Shown here: piece by piece, positions 48,976 to 62,659 of the stretch
Position numbering within the stretch: position 1 is the stretch's first letter
Layout: each line of letters starts with the position of its first letter
DNA from: Negaprion brevirostris
Taxonomy: Eukaryota
Length of the DNA: 64,000 nucleotides
Assembly: GCA_030324005.1 (NCBI GenBank)
Contig: JARDVH010000160.1
Coordinates: 16,836,705-16,900,704, forward strand
Direction: 5' to 3'
Translations under genes and position numbers: made by a program
The notes under the pieces: model-generated
Database searches by the model: none
What the model was told of the DNA's origin: nothing
Seen by the model: the letters and a program-made list of their open reading frames with translations, nothing else

Positions 48976-49809
48976 CAAAGATCTACAACATTCTTGCTGT
49001 AGTGTAATGAACTAATGAAGCGAAGATTTAGATAGCTAACAAAGATGACCTGATGAACATGATGAGCCAAACATGTGATTTATTTCTAACAAGTTCTGTC
49101 TTGTGCAATGTATGAATTAGAGCACTTAAAATTCCCCTATTGAGTTACTGATTTCTGCAATACTGCCATTGTGAAATATCAGGTGCAGTCAACAAATTCT
49201 ACAGAAGAAAGGAAATTTCAAAAATGCAGCTACTTTGTTGCTCTCCCACAACACCCAGCAACCAGTTCCACAGTTCACTAGTGGAGTCCTGCAGCAGGAT
49301 GCCAATTCAACCAGTGTCAATGTGGCGACTCATGCAGTGCATTGGAACAAATAGAAAAAGATGCAAGAGAAAATATAGATGTTATTAAAACAAATTGCTA
49401 CACAGCAGAATAAGTTTAAAATTATTTGCTTCATAGGTGGGAGTACCTCTCATCAAAACCATGTTTTCCTGCATATAACTTCTCTTTCAAATTTCAGCAA
49501 GCCACAAACAGTGTGACAGATTTTTTTTTGATCAAAGGGAATGATCCCTCTTCACATCAATAAATATTATTTCTCAATAAGCTAAAAAATAAATTCACTC
49601 TGAAATTTACAGTCCAAGTGCAACGCTGGAAAAAGATTTAAAAGATGGATAGTTGTGACGTCTTCAGTCGTAGCCTGAAATTTTCCATATCATGGTTTCC
49701 ATAAAACCCAAGAACCATTTCATCCCAGATAATGGTTTCTTTCAACTAAAACCTGAACCATGTAACAGTAATATATGTAACAGCAGTAGTAGGTTAGTAG
49801 TAGCAGTTG

Positions 49810-50118
49810 TGTTTAGCACTGCTGCCTCACAGTGTCAGGGAATCAGGTTTGATTCTGGCCTTGGGTGACTGCCTATGTGGAGTCTGCACAATCTCTGTGT
49901 CTGTGTGGATTTCCTCCGGGTGCTCCGGTTTCTCCCACAGTCCAAAGATGTGCAGGTTAGGTGGGTTAGCCATGGTAAATGTGTGGAATTACGGGGATAG
50001 GTTGGGGGGATGGAGATAGAATGGCGAGGAGCGGTGGGACTGAGTAAGATGCCTTTTCAGAGTTGACGCAGACTCGATGGACCAAATGGCCTCCTTCTGC
50101 ACTGTACGGATTCTATGA
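49810..50118 (+). mobile_element. HE1-type V-SINE with CR1/HER1 tail
   Basis: TTAGCACTGCTGCCTCACAG...TCCTCCGGGTGCTCCGGTTT...ATGGCCTCCTTCTGCACTGTACGGATTCTATGA. Confidence 0.95.
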
Positions 50119-51739
50119 ATGTCGCTTAGAAAGTCTTAAGGTCAGCACATTTCCTGGAACAAACAGGACAACTTCTCAAAACACTGTAACCAGGTAAGGC
50201 TGTGCCTGAATTGACAAAATGTGATTGCACTTTTATATTTTTAGATTGCTTGCTAAGCACAATCATAACACAGCCACATCATCAACATATAGACCTGTGT
50301 CAGTCTGTCAATTCATCTTGCCATACATATTACAGGATGGCATATTCCTATAGGATTTTATTAAGCAATGCTCTGGGCTATTGTAGTCGACAACGGAGCA
50401 GAATAAAATAAGAAATCGCTTGCTTTTATATTGCATCGTTCATATCCTTAGCCAGCGAAGTACTTTTTGAATTCTAATCACCGTTGTTAGACAATGAAAA
50501 GGATTACCCCCTGCCCTCATCAAAAGAAAATCACAGTTAGTGCTGCGGCAGAACATGGTTATTAATTAGAGTCGTTAAAGGCAGTTTTCTGATCAGAGAA
50601 CTCAAGCTACATTTATTGTAGGTTTTTGGTTCTTAGAATCTATAACAGTTTTGTATTTCAAACCATCTATTGATTCTGTCCTTTTTAAAATACTTATCAG
50701 ATGGAATCTGCTCCCAGCTATCAGGCAATATAAATTAAATTCAACAGACCCATTCTGGACAGAAACCATGAAACTGAAACCAGCATTCAGTTTCCTGCTA
50801 TTCATTTTGACGAAACAAAAGCAAATAAGTATGCTTCTAACCCTATGATGAATGAAATCACACACAGTATGTTGAGTGACACATACTTCAGAATTATAGA
50901 GCTTTTAATATCATAACACTTCACTTGTTGCCACCGAGTTCACTGCATTGAGTACTGCAGGATATAAATACATTATTTTGCAAGTAAATTCTATCCGCGC
51001 CTCAGCCACTTTAATAATCTGTATTATGGTTTCCAACAAATATATCTGCTAATCAAAGATTGGAGGAAAAGAGGAAAGTGGCAACATTCACAGATCTCAT
51101 AACTTTATTTATATTACTGACTGTGTGTGGTAAAACTACAATTCTGCAGTCCTGAGGAGCCTGGAAACTCACTTCTCACTGTATCCCACAATTGCCCAGA
51201 ATCCCTGAAGTGTTTCAAAAGTGCCACACCAAAGCTGACAAAGGAAAACTTAACTTCTTGCATCTTAATTAAATTGCACTTCCTTGCTCACATATTTACT
51301 GCAAAGAGGGTCTCATGACCTTCTGCATGCAGGAAACCTAATGGCCAGTGACCTGACAAAATAACAAAACTAGGAGGAAACTAACATTTCCAAGAAAAGC
51401 AAACAGACTTTGTGATATTTTCCATGTATTTCTCTATCTGTTCTCAGAGGCTGTGTATCATTTCCCCCACATGTTCAGTTGAAAATTATTACAATTAATT
51501 TTGACATCATTTGGATAACTATTTATAAACTATCCTATAAATAATGTGTTAAAACCGCTTCTTGGCTGCCTCACCTCCAGTATAGTTCATTGATCTGGCT
51601 AGTTCATGGCTAATAAAAATTGAAAAAGGAAATTGGTTTATTTTTAAAATGTTTTTCAGATTTCTGTTTGTAAACAACGTGTACAGAAAAATGAACACTT
51701 TTTCCTGAGACTCTCTTCCTGAACACATCTGCCAGACTC

Positions 51740-53685
51740 GGCCTGCAACAGATGGACAGCAAACTAAGAAAGACTTAATTGACCTCATTAATCTGTCAGA
51801 GATGTATCTGCTCAGGAGAGTGAACACAGCACATTCCTTGTGAAGACAAAGTCCCATCTTCATACTGAGGATATCATCCATTGCATAGTGTGGCACTCTA
51901 CTGTGCTATATGTGATAGATTCAGATAAGACCTAGCAGCCCAAAGCTGGGCATCAATGAGGCACTGTGCGTCATCATCAACATTCAAAACTTATTCAACA
52001 ATAGTGGCAATTTCACGGGCTGACAATTCCCCCTCTCTAACTTTGCCACCTAACCAAGGGATCAACCCTGGTTCAATGAAGAGTGAAGATCATGCCAGGA
52101 GCAGCAGGCATATCTAAAAATGAGGCGTCAACTTGGTAAAACTACAACATAGGACTACGTGCATGCTCAACAGTGGGAGCAGCATGCAACAGAAAGAGCT
52201 AAGCAGTACTATGACCACTGGATCAGATCAAACAGTCCTGGCTCTTCCAGTCACGAATAATAGCAATTAAGTGGAGGAGGAGATGGAACAATTATCCCAA
52301 TGATGGGGAAGCCTAGCACATCGGTGAAAAGACAAGGCTGAAACATTTGCCATCACCTTCAGCCAGAAGTGCTGAGTGTACAAATCTATCAAATGTATGA
52401 CGTAAGGGACTGGATACAGCATTGGCTATGGTCAATGATAACACCTTGGAGTGATAGTGAAGAATTTTCTCCTAGTTGAGCTTTTCTAGTGTGGTAATAA
52501 CACCAACATCTACCCAACAACGTGGAATTCACCAATGTGCTGCCTGTCTGCAAAAAGCAGGGCAATTTCAATCTAGCTCAATCACTGTTGCAGCAGTCTA
52601 CCCTTGATCATCAGCAAAGTGATAGAAGGCATAGGGCTATCTAGTGACACACAGCACTAACTCTGATTCCCTACGTAGGTGCCACNNNNNNNNNNNNNNN
52701 NNNNNNNNNNNNNNNNNNNNNNNNNNNNNNNNNNNNNNNNNNNNNNNNNNNNNNNNNNNNNNNNNNNNNNNNNNNNNNNNNNNNNNNNNNNNNNNNNNNN
52801 NNNNNNNNNNNNNNNNNNNNNNNNNNNNNNNNNNNNNNNNNNNNNNNNGAATGGCAGGGCAGGCTCAAAGGGCTAGATGGCCTACTCCTGTTCCTATTTC
52901 TTATGTTCTTATGTAATGACCATCTCCAACATGGGAGAAAATAACAATTTCCTCTTAATATTCAATGTTATTATCAACCTGAATCCTCCGATTTAATTGA
53001 CCAGAAAGAACTGGACTAGCCAAACACTGTTGCTACAAGAGTCAAGGGCTCAGAATTCTGCAATAGTAACTCACCTCATGACTTCTCAAAGAACTCCACC
53101 TACAAGGTACAAGTCAGGAAAATGCCTGGATGAATACAGTTCCAACAACACTCGAGAAGCACAAAATCATCCAGGATAAAGCAACCTTTTTATTCCGTAC
53201 ACCACTGCTACATTAGTCGTGGAGCACTATGTACAGGAGGTACTGCAGCAACTTGCCAAGCGTCCTTTGATAGCATGTTCCAAATAGCAATTCCATCACC
53301 TAGAATAGGAAAGTAAATGCATGGGAACACTACCACTTGCAAATTCCCCTCTGATCCATACACCAGCCTGACTTAGAACTATATTGCCAATTTTTCTCCT
53401 TTTGCTGAGTCATAAACCTGGAACTCTCTTCCTAACTATACCCGAACAGGCACCAGAATGTGGTGGCTAGGGGATTTTCACAGGAACTTCATTGCAGTGC
53501 TAATGCAACCCTACTTGTGACTCTTATAAATAAACTTAAAACTCAACAACGCAATGGGTGCACTTACACCAAGTAGAATGTAAGCGTCTAAAAAATTGAT
53601 TCCATCACATTCTGAAGTGCAATTAGGGATAAGCAACTTATGCTAGCCTACAAGCAACACTCACATCCCACAAAAAAAATCAAAA
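51740..53685 (+). mobile_element. Family B LINE, long decayed copy interrupted by a gap with a CR1 tail (~52686-52915) and a V-SINE tail (~53440-53541)
   Basis: GATCAACCCTGGTTCAATGAAGAG (DQPWFNEE), TTCAGCCAGAAGTGC, TACAAGGTACAAGTCAGG; tail GCAATTAGGGATAAGCAA...CACATCCCACAAAAA. Confidence 0.8.
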
Positions 53686-54039
53686 AACACTAGTAGGGTT
53701 ATTGAGAAATCCACAAAAGCATATAGGACACTCAATCATTCAGTATGAACCCACTCATTAAGATGTTCAAGTATACCATATTCATCATAATAATAAATGA
53801 ACCATAAATACTGGAAATTGGAAATAAAAATGTCATCAATCATTGCAAGCAAGGAAGGAGGAAGTGGTGCAGTACACTGACACTTAAACACGTTGTGAAT
53901 AATTACTGCATTTTAGGATTATGGAATATTTGCACGGATGTCCACCTCCACGGAGAATCAAACACCCAGACTAATGCCATGCACACTCTGACTACCACTT
54001 TACGTTAGCTGGAGCAAAGCCATGCTTTGGTAGCTCAGT

Positions 54040-54780
54040 GCTGCACTGACATGCAGCCAAATGCTCTCCAGCTTTAGCAACCCAATCGCTTGTTCTATGG
54101 TTGACCTTGTGATGATTTGACTCCTGTTGCATTTCTCCTCTGGCTCAGCAGTAGAGTTCATTATTGGAGTCATCAGTTAAGTCTTCAGAAGATCACCCTG
54201 GTGTCCCAGGACCCATTTTCTGAGGCTGTTCAGAGCAGCAAAAATCTGCAGGAAATCAGCCTATCGCAGAATAAACAAATCATCACAGCTTCCTGGATAT
54301 TTATCACAGACATGCGGGATCACCTTCTGGCAGTCGGAAACTAGACATTGAGTAGAAACCATTAAAATTAGTGAAAATGCTTGGCTGAACTGAAAACACC
54401 ATGTATGCCATATGCATGCAATTATTTACTCCCAATCCATCTGGGAAAGCAGTCAATACTTGGAAGCAAACAGCCCTCTGCTTTTGACTAGTCCCATCGT
54501 GGCAAAGTGCACATGGGTAACTTATGGTGACTGATTGCGAGATCCTTGAGATGTTATCAGAAGATTTCCAGAAGATGGCAGAGGCAAAGAATTTCGGGGC
54601 TGTGGGGACTTTAACAGCGATGCATCCCCACTTTGCCTCCAAATGAGGCGTTCTCTTCCAGGACACTGAAGCTGCCAGCAATCACCTGCCAAGAGGAATT
54701 AAGCCTCATGAAGCAGTGTTGGTCTGTCATGTTGAGGAAGTTTTGTTTATAGATCTCGTACTGAGGGTATAATTTCCTTC
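54040..54780 (-). mobile_element. PIF/Harbinger (HARBI1-like, DDE_Tnp_4) transposase relic
   Basis: Minus-strand frames give NFLNMTDQHCFMRL; AVKVPTAPKFFASA...ISQS; AFPDGLGVNNCMHMA...FTNFNGFYSM; HVCDKYPGSCDDLFILR; WVLGHQG...LMTP...TRSTIEQAIGLLK. Confidence 0.85.
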
Positions 54781-56129
54781 AAATAATGGCTCTCTATCCT
54801 TCTCCTCCGTCACGTAGAGCGGCATGTGGTGATGGAGATGATGCTGTTGGTGTTACTATTGCTGCTACGGTACCTCATGCTCTTCATCTGAGGTCCAGGT
54901 TACTGTTTCACATGTTGCTCCCGTGATACAGTGAAGCATGGTACCAAGGAAGTTGAGATGAAGGTGAAAAACAGTTGAAAATGCTTCCAAAAAGTTGAAA
55001 CTGCTCCCCAAAACAGTGAATTCAGGTTCCCAGAATTAATCATGCAAGCATAAGTTTTTCCAAAGGCTGGCCACAAGCTTTGTAATTTCACTCTGAAGGT
55101 TTCTCCATCATGTCAATTTACTTAAGTAATAATTTCCTGCTGTCGTTCTGTCTTGACCCTAACAAATAGCAGACCGCTCAGGAAACCCATATGCTGGCTG
55201 TGAAAGCCAGAATTCTGGATTAAATTCAAGCTAATTGTCTGTTTATTATTGCAATTACTTTCATAACAGCTTCACAGGGGTTCCTGATTGCCCACAAAAC
55301 TGCTCAGATCAAACCCAGCAGTGGGTGATTTCATGTTGGGTTCCTGACCCCATGCCTCTTTTCAGGGATTTAACCTCCACTTCTGCACCCGAGCCTACTT
55401 CCCTTTGGCAGTTAAAATTACTTTGGGATTTCTTTTTAGAAAAAAACTTGAGAACACAGAATGGTAATTTGTCTGACATTACACTAGAGCCTTGCAGATC
55501 ATCAATTGCTATTCTAAATCCTTTTCTCTGTAACAAAACTGCTTAATACTCAGTGCATGAGGCAGATTCTGGAAGTCAAATTATATCACCACACACTGGT
55601 AGTGTACAGTTCACACTCACAAATCTCTAATTTCTAATGTCAGTGACAACATTTAGGATAAAATTGCAAGAATTAGCAAAGAAGTCAGGAAAATGAGAAG
55701 AACAGACACCTGAGAACATGAGCGTGTAGCTGCTCAGCATAAGTTGTGTTCTAGGGTCATTAGCAAAAAAGTAAATAAAATTAATCAAAATTGTACTTCA
55801 GATAATAAATAAGAGTCACACACTACAAATTAATCACACATCTTGGGTTAACTCAGCATCAAAATACATTAAATGAAAATACAGGTTTAAACTGTCTAAC
55901 AACTGACTTAAAACCAAGCATTGTTGAATCCAAGATTTAACTTGTGCAAATAATTATAGTTAGCCCAGTAAGACTGTCATTTTGTTGGAGAACTTAGCTG
56001 ATCTTTCAAATTTCATAAGTAATTTGTCTTTCGATTTTAAAATGAATGAAGAACAATTACGCATATTTTGAAGGCGATTTAAATTACATATATACATAGG
56101 TATGATTTCAACAGTTATTAATTATATAT

Positions 56130-57250
56130 TGTTATAACCCCAGTTGGTGTTACTGCTGGTCAGAAAGGTCCAAAAACAGAACACGGGCTTAAAAAACCGT
56201 AACTTTTTTTTAGAAAATGTGGATGAACAGAGACACAAGACTATAAATGAGCTTTTAACAACAGGGAAAAAACATTTATTAAATATGAAAAGCTTGACTA
56301 TAATACAACACTACTTCACTCCCACTTATCTTCACAAAAATATGCATGAATTAAAGAATAATACACATTACAAAATACATCTTATGCTTTAGTGTGTTTA
56401 GAAAATACCTAGTCTCTGTAAACTAATAGGCCAGCTGTAATTAGAAACACCCCACTCTGAACCCAAGTGGCAGATCTAGCCAAACTCATCAGCTCGGAAA
56501 TTCCCAGTTCCACCTTTAACTTCAGTGAACAGGACCCTCTCAAATTCCAGATCCTGTTTTCCTTTTTACTTCTTACTTCAATCTTCCTGGTAACCACTCT
56601 TTCCATTTCCAACTTCCTATAATTCATTTTTCTTTAGTTTCTGACACTTGCTCTCTTGCTCTTTACTCCATTGTACTGCTTTGTGGATTTCTCCTCAAAG
56701 CCCCCAGATGAAGACTGCACAACTATTTCCAAACTCCACTCTCAAAAAGGCATGCCTTAGAATCTTCTTTCAGACAATGCTTTCCCTCAGCTGTTTTCAG
56801 TAAGGAGTTATTTTCAAGATGTCCAACTTTCCTTTCAGTGTTCTTTCGTCTTGAATTGCCAAGTGCATTCAAGCTTCCACACAATCTCTCAGGTGCTAAG
56901 CCTCAATAAAATGCTATTGCTCAAATATTGGACTAAGGACACCAAACAGAGTTGCTTCAGATAGCTGGCTTTTATCTAGCCAAACTCATCAGCTCTGGAA
57001 TTCCCAGTTCCATCTTTAACTTCAGTGAACAGTACCCTCTCAAATTCCAGATCCTGTTTTCCTTTTTATTTCTTACTTCAACCTTCCCGATAACCACTCT
57101 TTCCACTTCCTACTTTCTATAATTCATTTTTCTTTAGTTTCTGACACTTGCTCTCTTGCTCTTCACTCCATTGTACTGCTTTTCGTTTTTTTGGCAGAGT
57201 TGAGTGAGCAGTTTCCTCTCTCACTGCTAAGCTCCTTCTGGCTGGATTCA
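56130..57250 (-). mobile_element. Probable LTR-like element containing a 209-bp internal duplication
   Basis: Starts TGTTATAAC and has TTTATT at ~56275, a layout similar to the solo LTRs at 26710 and 31896. The far end is not resolved. Confidence 0.45.
56474..57182 (+). repeat. Direct repeat: 56474-56682 and 56974-57182 (209 bp each, offset 500 bp)
   Basis: Both copies run ATCTAGCCAAACTCATCAGCTC...CTCCATTGTACTGCTTT with scattered substitutions. Confidence 0.95.
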
Positions 57251-57252
57251 TC

Positions 57253-57358
57253 AAGAACATAATAAGAACATAAGAAATAGGAGCAGGAGCAGGCCATCTA
57301 GCCCCTCGAGCCTGCCCTGCCATTCAATAAGATCATGGCTAATCTGAAAGTGGTTCAG
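57253..57358 (-). mobile_element. CR1 3' tail
   Basis: AAGAACATAAGAAATAGGAGCAGGAGCAGGCCATCTAGCCCCTCGAG. Confidence 0.85.
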
Positions 57359-57744
57359 TTCACCAGGATGTTGCCTGGTCTCGAGGGTGTTGGCTATGAG
57401 GAGAGGTTGAATAAACTAGGATTGTTTTCACTGGAAAAACAGAGGCTGAGGGGAGACCTTATAAAGGTCTACAAAATTAAGACAGGCATAGACAGGGTGG
57501 ATAGTCAGAGGCTTTTTCCCAGGTTAGAAAGTGTCAATTACACAGGGGCACATGTTCACGGTGAGAAAGGGAAAGTTTAAAGGAGATGTTCGGGGGAAGT
57601 TTTTCACGCAGAGAGTGGTGGGTGCCTGGAACACGCTGCCAGAGGAGATGGTGGAAGCAGGCACATCAGCAACATTTAAGAGACATCTGGATGAATAGGG
57701 AGGAAACAGAGGAATACAGACTGAGTAAGGGCAGAAGGGCCTGT
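57359..57744 (+). mobile_element. CR1 3' fragment
   Basis: FTRMLPGLEGVGYEERLNKLGLFSLEKQRLRGDLIKVYKI. Confidence 0.9.
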
Positions 57745-58439
57745 GAAAGTGTTTTTTTTTGTTCTATCAAATTCAAATCTAGGTACCCAGCTAATAAGTT
57801 TAATGAACTAGCAGAATGTAGAAACAGAATGTCTGTAGCACTCAAATCTTTGTTATTTGCGTAGAAAACTAATATTTTTAAACTAATTTAAAAGGTCCCT
57901 GGATCTGCACAATGAGTGCTGCAAGTTGCAGGACTATGGGTCAGGTGCAGGGAGATGGGATTAGAAAGGGCACCTGGGTATCTTTGGGTTGGCAAGGACA
58001 AGATGGACCAAATGGTTCCCTTCTATGCTATATGATTTCTATGGTTAAACTGGAAAAACACCACAGTATAAAAATAAAGTATTGCCCAATAAATATTTCT
58101 CATGTGTCAGTACAGATTCAATGGGCCGAAGGGCCTCTTCAGCACAGTATGATCAAATGAATGGTTTTGCCACTGAAGATAGCACCAGGGACTGAACCTG
58201 TCACTTCGCTGAACCAGATGGTGAAGTGTTCAGCAGATTTGTGCAGAAATCACAACACATATTACTGAAACACCGTCTAAACTTCCAAATCTTAGCTGTT
58301 TGCTAACTAATAATTAAATCATATGTAAACAAGAATAGTAGATAGACACTTCTATATTTGTAGCTATATCAAAATGACAAATATCTTCATCTTCTATTCT
58401 TGACTGGATGGTTTATGGCCAGACAAAGCAGTTGCATTG

Positions 58440-58713
58440 TAAAGGGTAGTAAGGCGGTTAGCATTGCTGCCTCTCAGCGCCAGGGACCCAGGATTGATTC
58501 CCGGCTTAGGTCGCTGTCAGCGTGGAGCCTGCATGTTCTTCCCTTGTGTGCATCGGTTTCCCCCCACAGTCTGAGAGACGTGCTGGTTAGGGTGCATTGG
58601 CCATGCTAAATTCTCCCTCAGTATTCCTGAATAGGAGTGTGGTGACTAGGCAAGTTGTAACTTCATTGCAGCCTACATGTAAGCCTACTTGTGACACAAG
58701 AAAATAAACTTTA
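58440..58713 (+). mobile_element. V-SINE with the alternative tail
   Basis: GGTTAGCATTGCTGCCTCTCAGCGCCAGGGACCC...GTAAGCCTACTTGTGACAC...AAATAAACTTT. Confidence 0.85.
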
Positions 58714-59559
58714 AATGAAACTATAATTCTCAAATGGCTAACTGTGCTACCGGACCAAAAGAAAACCTTAGGATGCCAAGGAGAGGAGAAGAGTCACTAT
58801 TACAGTTGGTAACGGCCAGTGAAGATGATTTTGAGACTTCTGGGCTTTTACGTACTTCACTTCAAAAGAGAGATTTTCCTGTCTTCCTTTTCCAGCTCCG
58901 ATTTGGAGTCTTGAACAGAACCATTAACCTGTATCCTCTCTCTCTCTCTCTCTCTCCAGAGGACGGCTGCTCTGCTGCACATGTCCAGGACTTCCTGTTG
59001 CAATTTTTCCCCACACCGGTGCAGGTACATGATATGAAATAAATATATGGTACACTTCATTTGGACTACACAGAGTGTAGTGTCAGGATTTCTGTTCTGT
59101 TCTGAGGGATTTCCAGGGTTGAGGAGCTTCCTTCATAGGCCCCAGATTGAAACTTTAAAAAAATATATCAAAGCAATACAAAAATATGTTTTTTGTTAAA
59201 AAAAAAGACACTGGACTTGGTACGGAGGTCTGCAGGACAGCTGGCTCAGGCTTTTGGTTGCATTAAATTAAAGTGCAAATTGAGGATCTGTAAAGGAAAT
59301 GCAAAATTAAACATGAATAGCCACTGAAGAGCCAAGGATCTAGAGAACTAATAAACAGATAATTTTCTCTTTAACAGCCCAGATTTCCCTTGTGGGGGTG
59401 GGAGGTCTTGGGTAATTGGAATGGTGTCTCGAGTGCAGCAATCCTTGAAGAATGCAAACGGGGTTTATGCAGTCAGTGACTTAACACCATTAACTAGGAT
59501 TCGTCCCATTCCCTGAGGCTTTTGAACCACTGTTTACAGTGGAACAAAAGTGAGTGAGT

Positions 59560-59670
59560 GGGGCGGCACAGTGGTTAGCACTGCTGCCTCACAGCACCAG
59601 GGAGCAGGTTGAGTGGCTGTGTGGAATTTACAGACTCCCCGAGTCTGCGTGAGCTTTATCTGAGTGCTCT
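59560..59670 (+). mobile_element. Internally deleted V-SINE head
   Basis: GGGCGGCACAGTGGTTAGCACTGCTGCCTCACAGCACCAGGGA. Confidence 0.8.
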
Positions 59671-59841
59671 GAACAAAGAACAAAGAACAACCCAGCAGGG
59701 GAAACAGGCCCTTCGGCCCAACGAGCCTGTGCCGCCGCATCCTCCTACACCTACCCTGCCCTGCGTGTATGTGAGTGGATCCCCTAATTTAGCCAGATTC
59801 AGGGGAGAATAGTGTCAATTTGGTACACCAATCAGCCTAAG
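59671..59841 (-). mobile_element. Young SINE 3' half with a CR1-type (TTTGTTC)n tail, running into a gap
   Basis: Minus strand: TTAGGCTGATTGG...AAATTGAC...GGGCCGAAGGGCCTGTTTCC...TTCTTTGTTCTTTGTTC. Confidence 0.6.
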
Positions 59842-59941
59842 NNNNNNNNNNNNNNNNNNNNNNNNNNNNNNNNNNNNNNNNNNNNNNNNNNNNNNNNNNN
59901 NNNNNNNNNNNNNNNNNNNNNNNNNNNNNNNNNNNNNNNNN

Positions 59942-60030
59942 CTATCAAATAAATTGGTTGGACTAAAACCTGGTGTTGTCAGACTTTTTACTGTGTTTAC
60001 CCCAGTCCAACGCCAGCATACCCACATCAT
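59942..60030 (+). mobile_element. Penelope-like terminus
   Basis: ATCAAATAAA...GGACTAAAACCTGGTGTTGTCAGACTTTTTACTGTGTTTACCCCAGTCCAACGCC. Confidence 0.65.
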
Positions 60031-62031
60031 AGTGAATCAACATTGGACTCCAGGTCTCTGCTTTGCATTTTTCAGACAGTCTGCCAGGTGGGTGAGAGTG
60101 AACACTATCAGTAGGAGACTGCAGATGGGGAAGCCTCAGATGGTTGATGGGACTGAAAAAGGGCAACAGCTTCAGACCGCAATCACAGATGTGGGAGACT
60201 AGTAGTTGTGACCAGAGACAGAGGAGCCTGGAGAAACTCATCTGCTCTTGCTGACCCACATTCATGCTGAAAGAGCAGCTAACCCGAGGAACCAACAGCT
60301 TGTGCCTCAGATCAACTACTGGAAATCTTACACTGTGAAATTTGAATCACAGTATTGATGACGATAACATCAAGCCACAATTTTAGTATGTAATTACACT
60401 TCCATTGCCTTTTGTAGGTGCCTCATTAATGGCCTGATGTTTGCATTTCAAAAATTAAAGGGATGGGGATGGGTTAGGTTGGAGTCAATTCACTTGAATC
60501 TGATATTTTAAGCCCAACTTCATTCAAACCTCTCCCACTTGTCTGGAGTTATATTAGATGCCATAGAAACACTGACTCGAATTTTCAGAGGAGCACCAAT
60601 CCTCGTTGGATTGTCACTCTGCTGAAACTGTCCCCACTTCAATGCAGCTCCATATTTCTTGCCTCGTCTTCTAAGTTCAGCTTTCCCAGAAAAAGATTGC
60701 ACAGCATCCCTGAAAGAACTCAATTAAATACCAGTAGAGTCAGGGAGAACAGAACACAGTTGGGCCACGGGTAGTCAGGCAAGCTAGTGAAGTCAAGGTT
60801 AGTCAAATTAGGTTGGGGGAGTTAGTTGAGGGATGTGGTATAAGTGAGAGGTCAGTTCTGCAATTACTCAGGAGTTAGACTAGGTTTTAGTATGTCCAAC
60901 ATTTCCTGGGTAACTAATCAGTTAAGAGTTTTGGAACTGTCCAAGGTTTCTAACTGTAGCTGGATACATTCATAGATGATCACAGAGAGCATGGGAGTTG
61001 TCCATCAAAAGCTGAAACTTCCTGGGCAATTCCCACAAAGATCAGCACATCAGGACTTCCACAAGGTCCTGACACACATCTTGGGTTGCGTGTCTGGTCT
61101 CTAACATGTAGATCTGAAGCTCTGAGCAATAGAGTTTTACAGCACACAGGAAGGTCATTGTCCCATCACACCTTTATTGGCTCTCTAAAACACTCTTCAC
61201 AGTCCTTTCTCTGTGCATTCTAATTTCTTCCTTCAGTATTTGATAATCTGTTAGTCAGTAAATCACCAAAGTGGAGACAACAATAATAATTGAAAGATTG
61301 ATGGTATAAGAGAAGATAAAATCAATCAGGTTTTAGCAAAAATGCTAAACCACCTTTCTTTTTCTTGCTGATCAAGCTGCATTCCCAACAGTGTGTTTTG
61401 ATATCCCCATTGACATCTGTGCGAAAGCGTACAAGTAATGCACAGAAACAACTCCATAACACAAAAGAAGAGGAAGAAGGGTTTTATCTAAAATTACGCT
61501 CCACAATGAGTTTAAATATTGTCCTGCACTGTGATTCATGCATTGTTTTATACAATGACTAACTGCTGTTAAAAACTTAAAATACTACATCAAATGATAA
61601 TACAAGAAACCACTGGAAAAGAGACTTCAAGCCAGCTGCCTTCACATTGGTTCGACTCTATCACGGATCTCTTTAACCTCCAGAATGTCTCTCAGCCATT
61701 ACCCAAAGTTAAATCTACAAGGCTATCTTACCTCAACCTCCAAAGTTGCCTCCTTGGCAATAACATAATATTTCAAGGATGTTTGATTCATTTATCTATC
61801 CTCTTATCTTCCTTGCTGGATATAAATCCAACTTTTTTTAGAAAAAGGTACTAATTATAAAATGTATTAATTGTTAAGCCATGGGCTTCTTCTCTTATGC
61901 CAACTATTTTGTAGGAAGTCCTTCCAATAAANNNNNNNNNNNNNNNNNNNNNNNNNNNNNNNNNNNNNNNNNNNNNNNNNNNNNNNNNNNNNNNNNNNNN
62001 NNNNNNNNNNNNNNNNNNNNNNNNNNNNNNN

Positions 62032-62110
62032 CCTCGCATTTCTCCGGATTAAATTCCATTTGCCATCTATCTGCCCAATCTACCAGCCTGTCTATGTCCT
62101 GTTGCATTAT
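62032..62110 (-). mobile_element. CR1 RT fragment next to a gap
   Basis: MQQDIDRLVDWADRWQMEFNPEKCE. Confidence 0.9.
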
Positions 62111-62659
62111 CTTTATTTTTCTTTGATTAAATCAAAACTTAATTTATCACTGCTGAAATCACCTTTTTTCTTACTCTAAATAAACTATTCATACAATTAA
62201 AACTAAACATATCCTGGGGATATCAATGCTAAGAGATTAGCTTGTCTTCACTGTAGGTGAGGCAAAATCTCCTAACATCAGCCAGCTCACTTATTCTTAG
62301 TTCTGAGTATTTTGGCAAACGGTTAGGACTTGGCACGACAATTCATGACACAGCCTTTCATACTTAAGTACTCCAGTTTCTCAGTACTAGCACAATCTAA
62401 GTAATCAATTAAAGCGATCACTCATTTTATTATGTTGGTGACAGGCCGACATGAAGTGTTTACAAAACAAGCTGAATATGATCCGATAATGAATGTTGCA
62501 CTGACTTCATGGAAAATCGAGTCACCCTCCATCATTCTGCTTTTCACTATTGTGTACGAAAGCAAACTAGGTTTTTATGACATTGGCTTGTCACTGAACT
62601 CATATTTCAGCTCAGCGTCTAAAATGAAATTGATTGCAATAAAAACCAGTTAACATTTC

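Noticed and set aside
58734-59060. Overlapping ORFs and a (CT)n-CCAG exon-like segment
   Set aside because: The pyrimidine tract is a microsatellite, the donor is weak, and no protein is recognisable.
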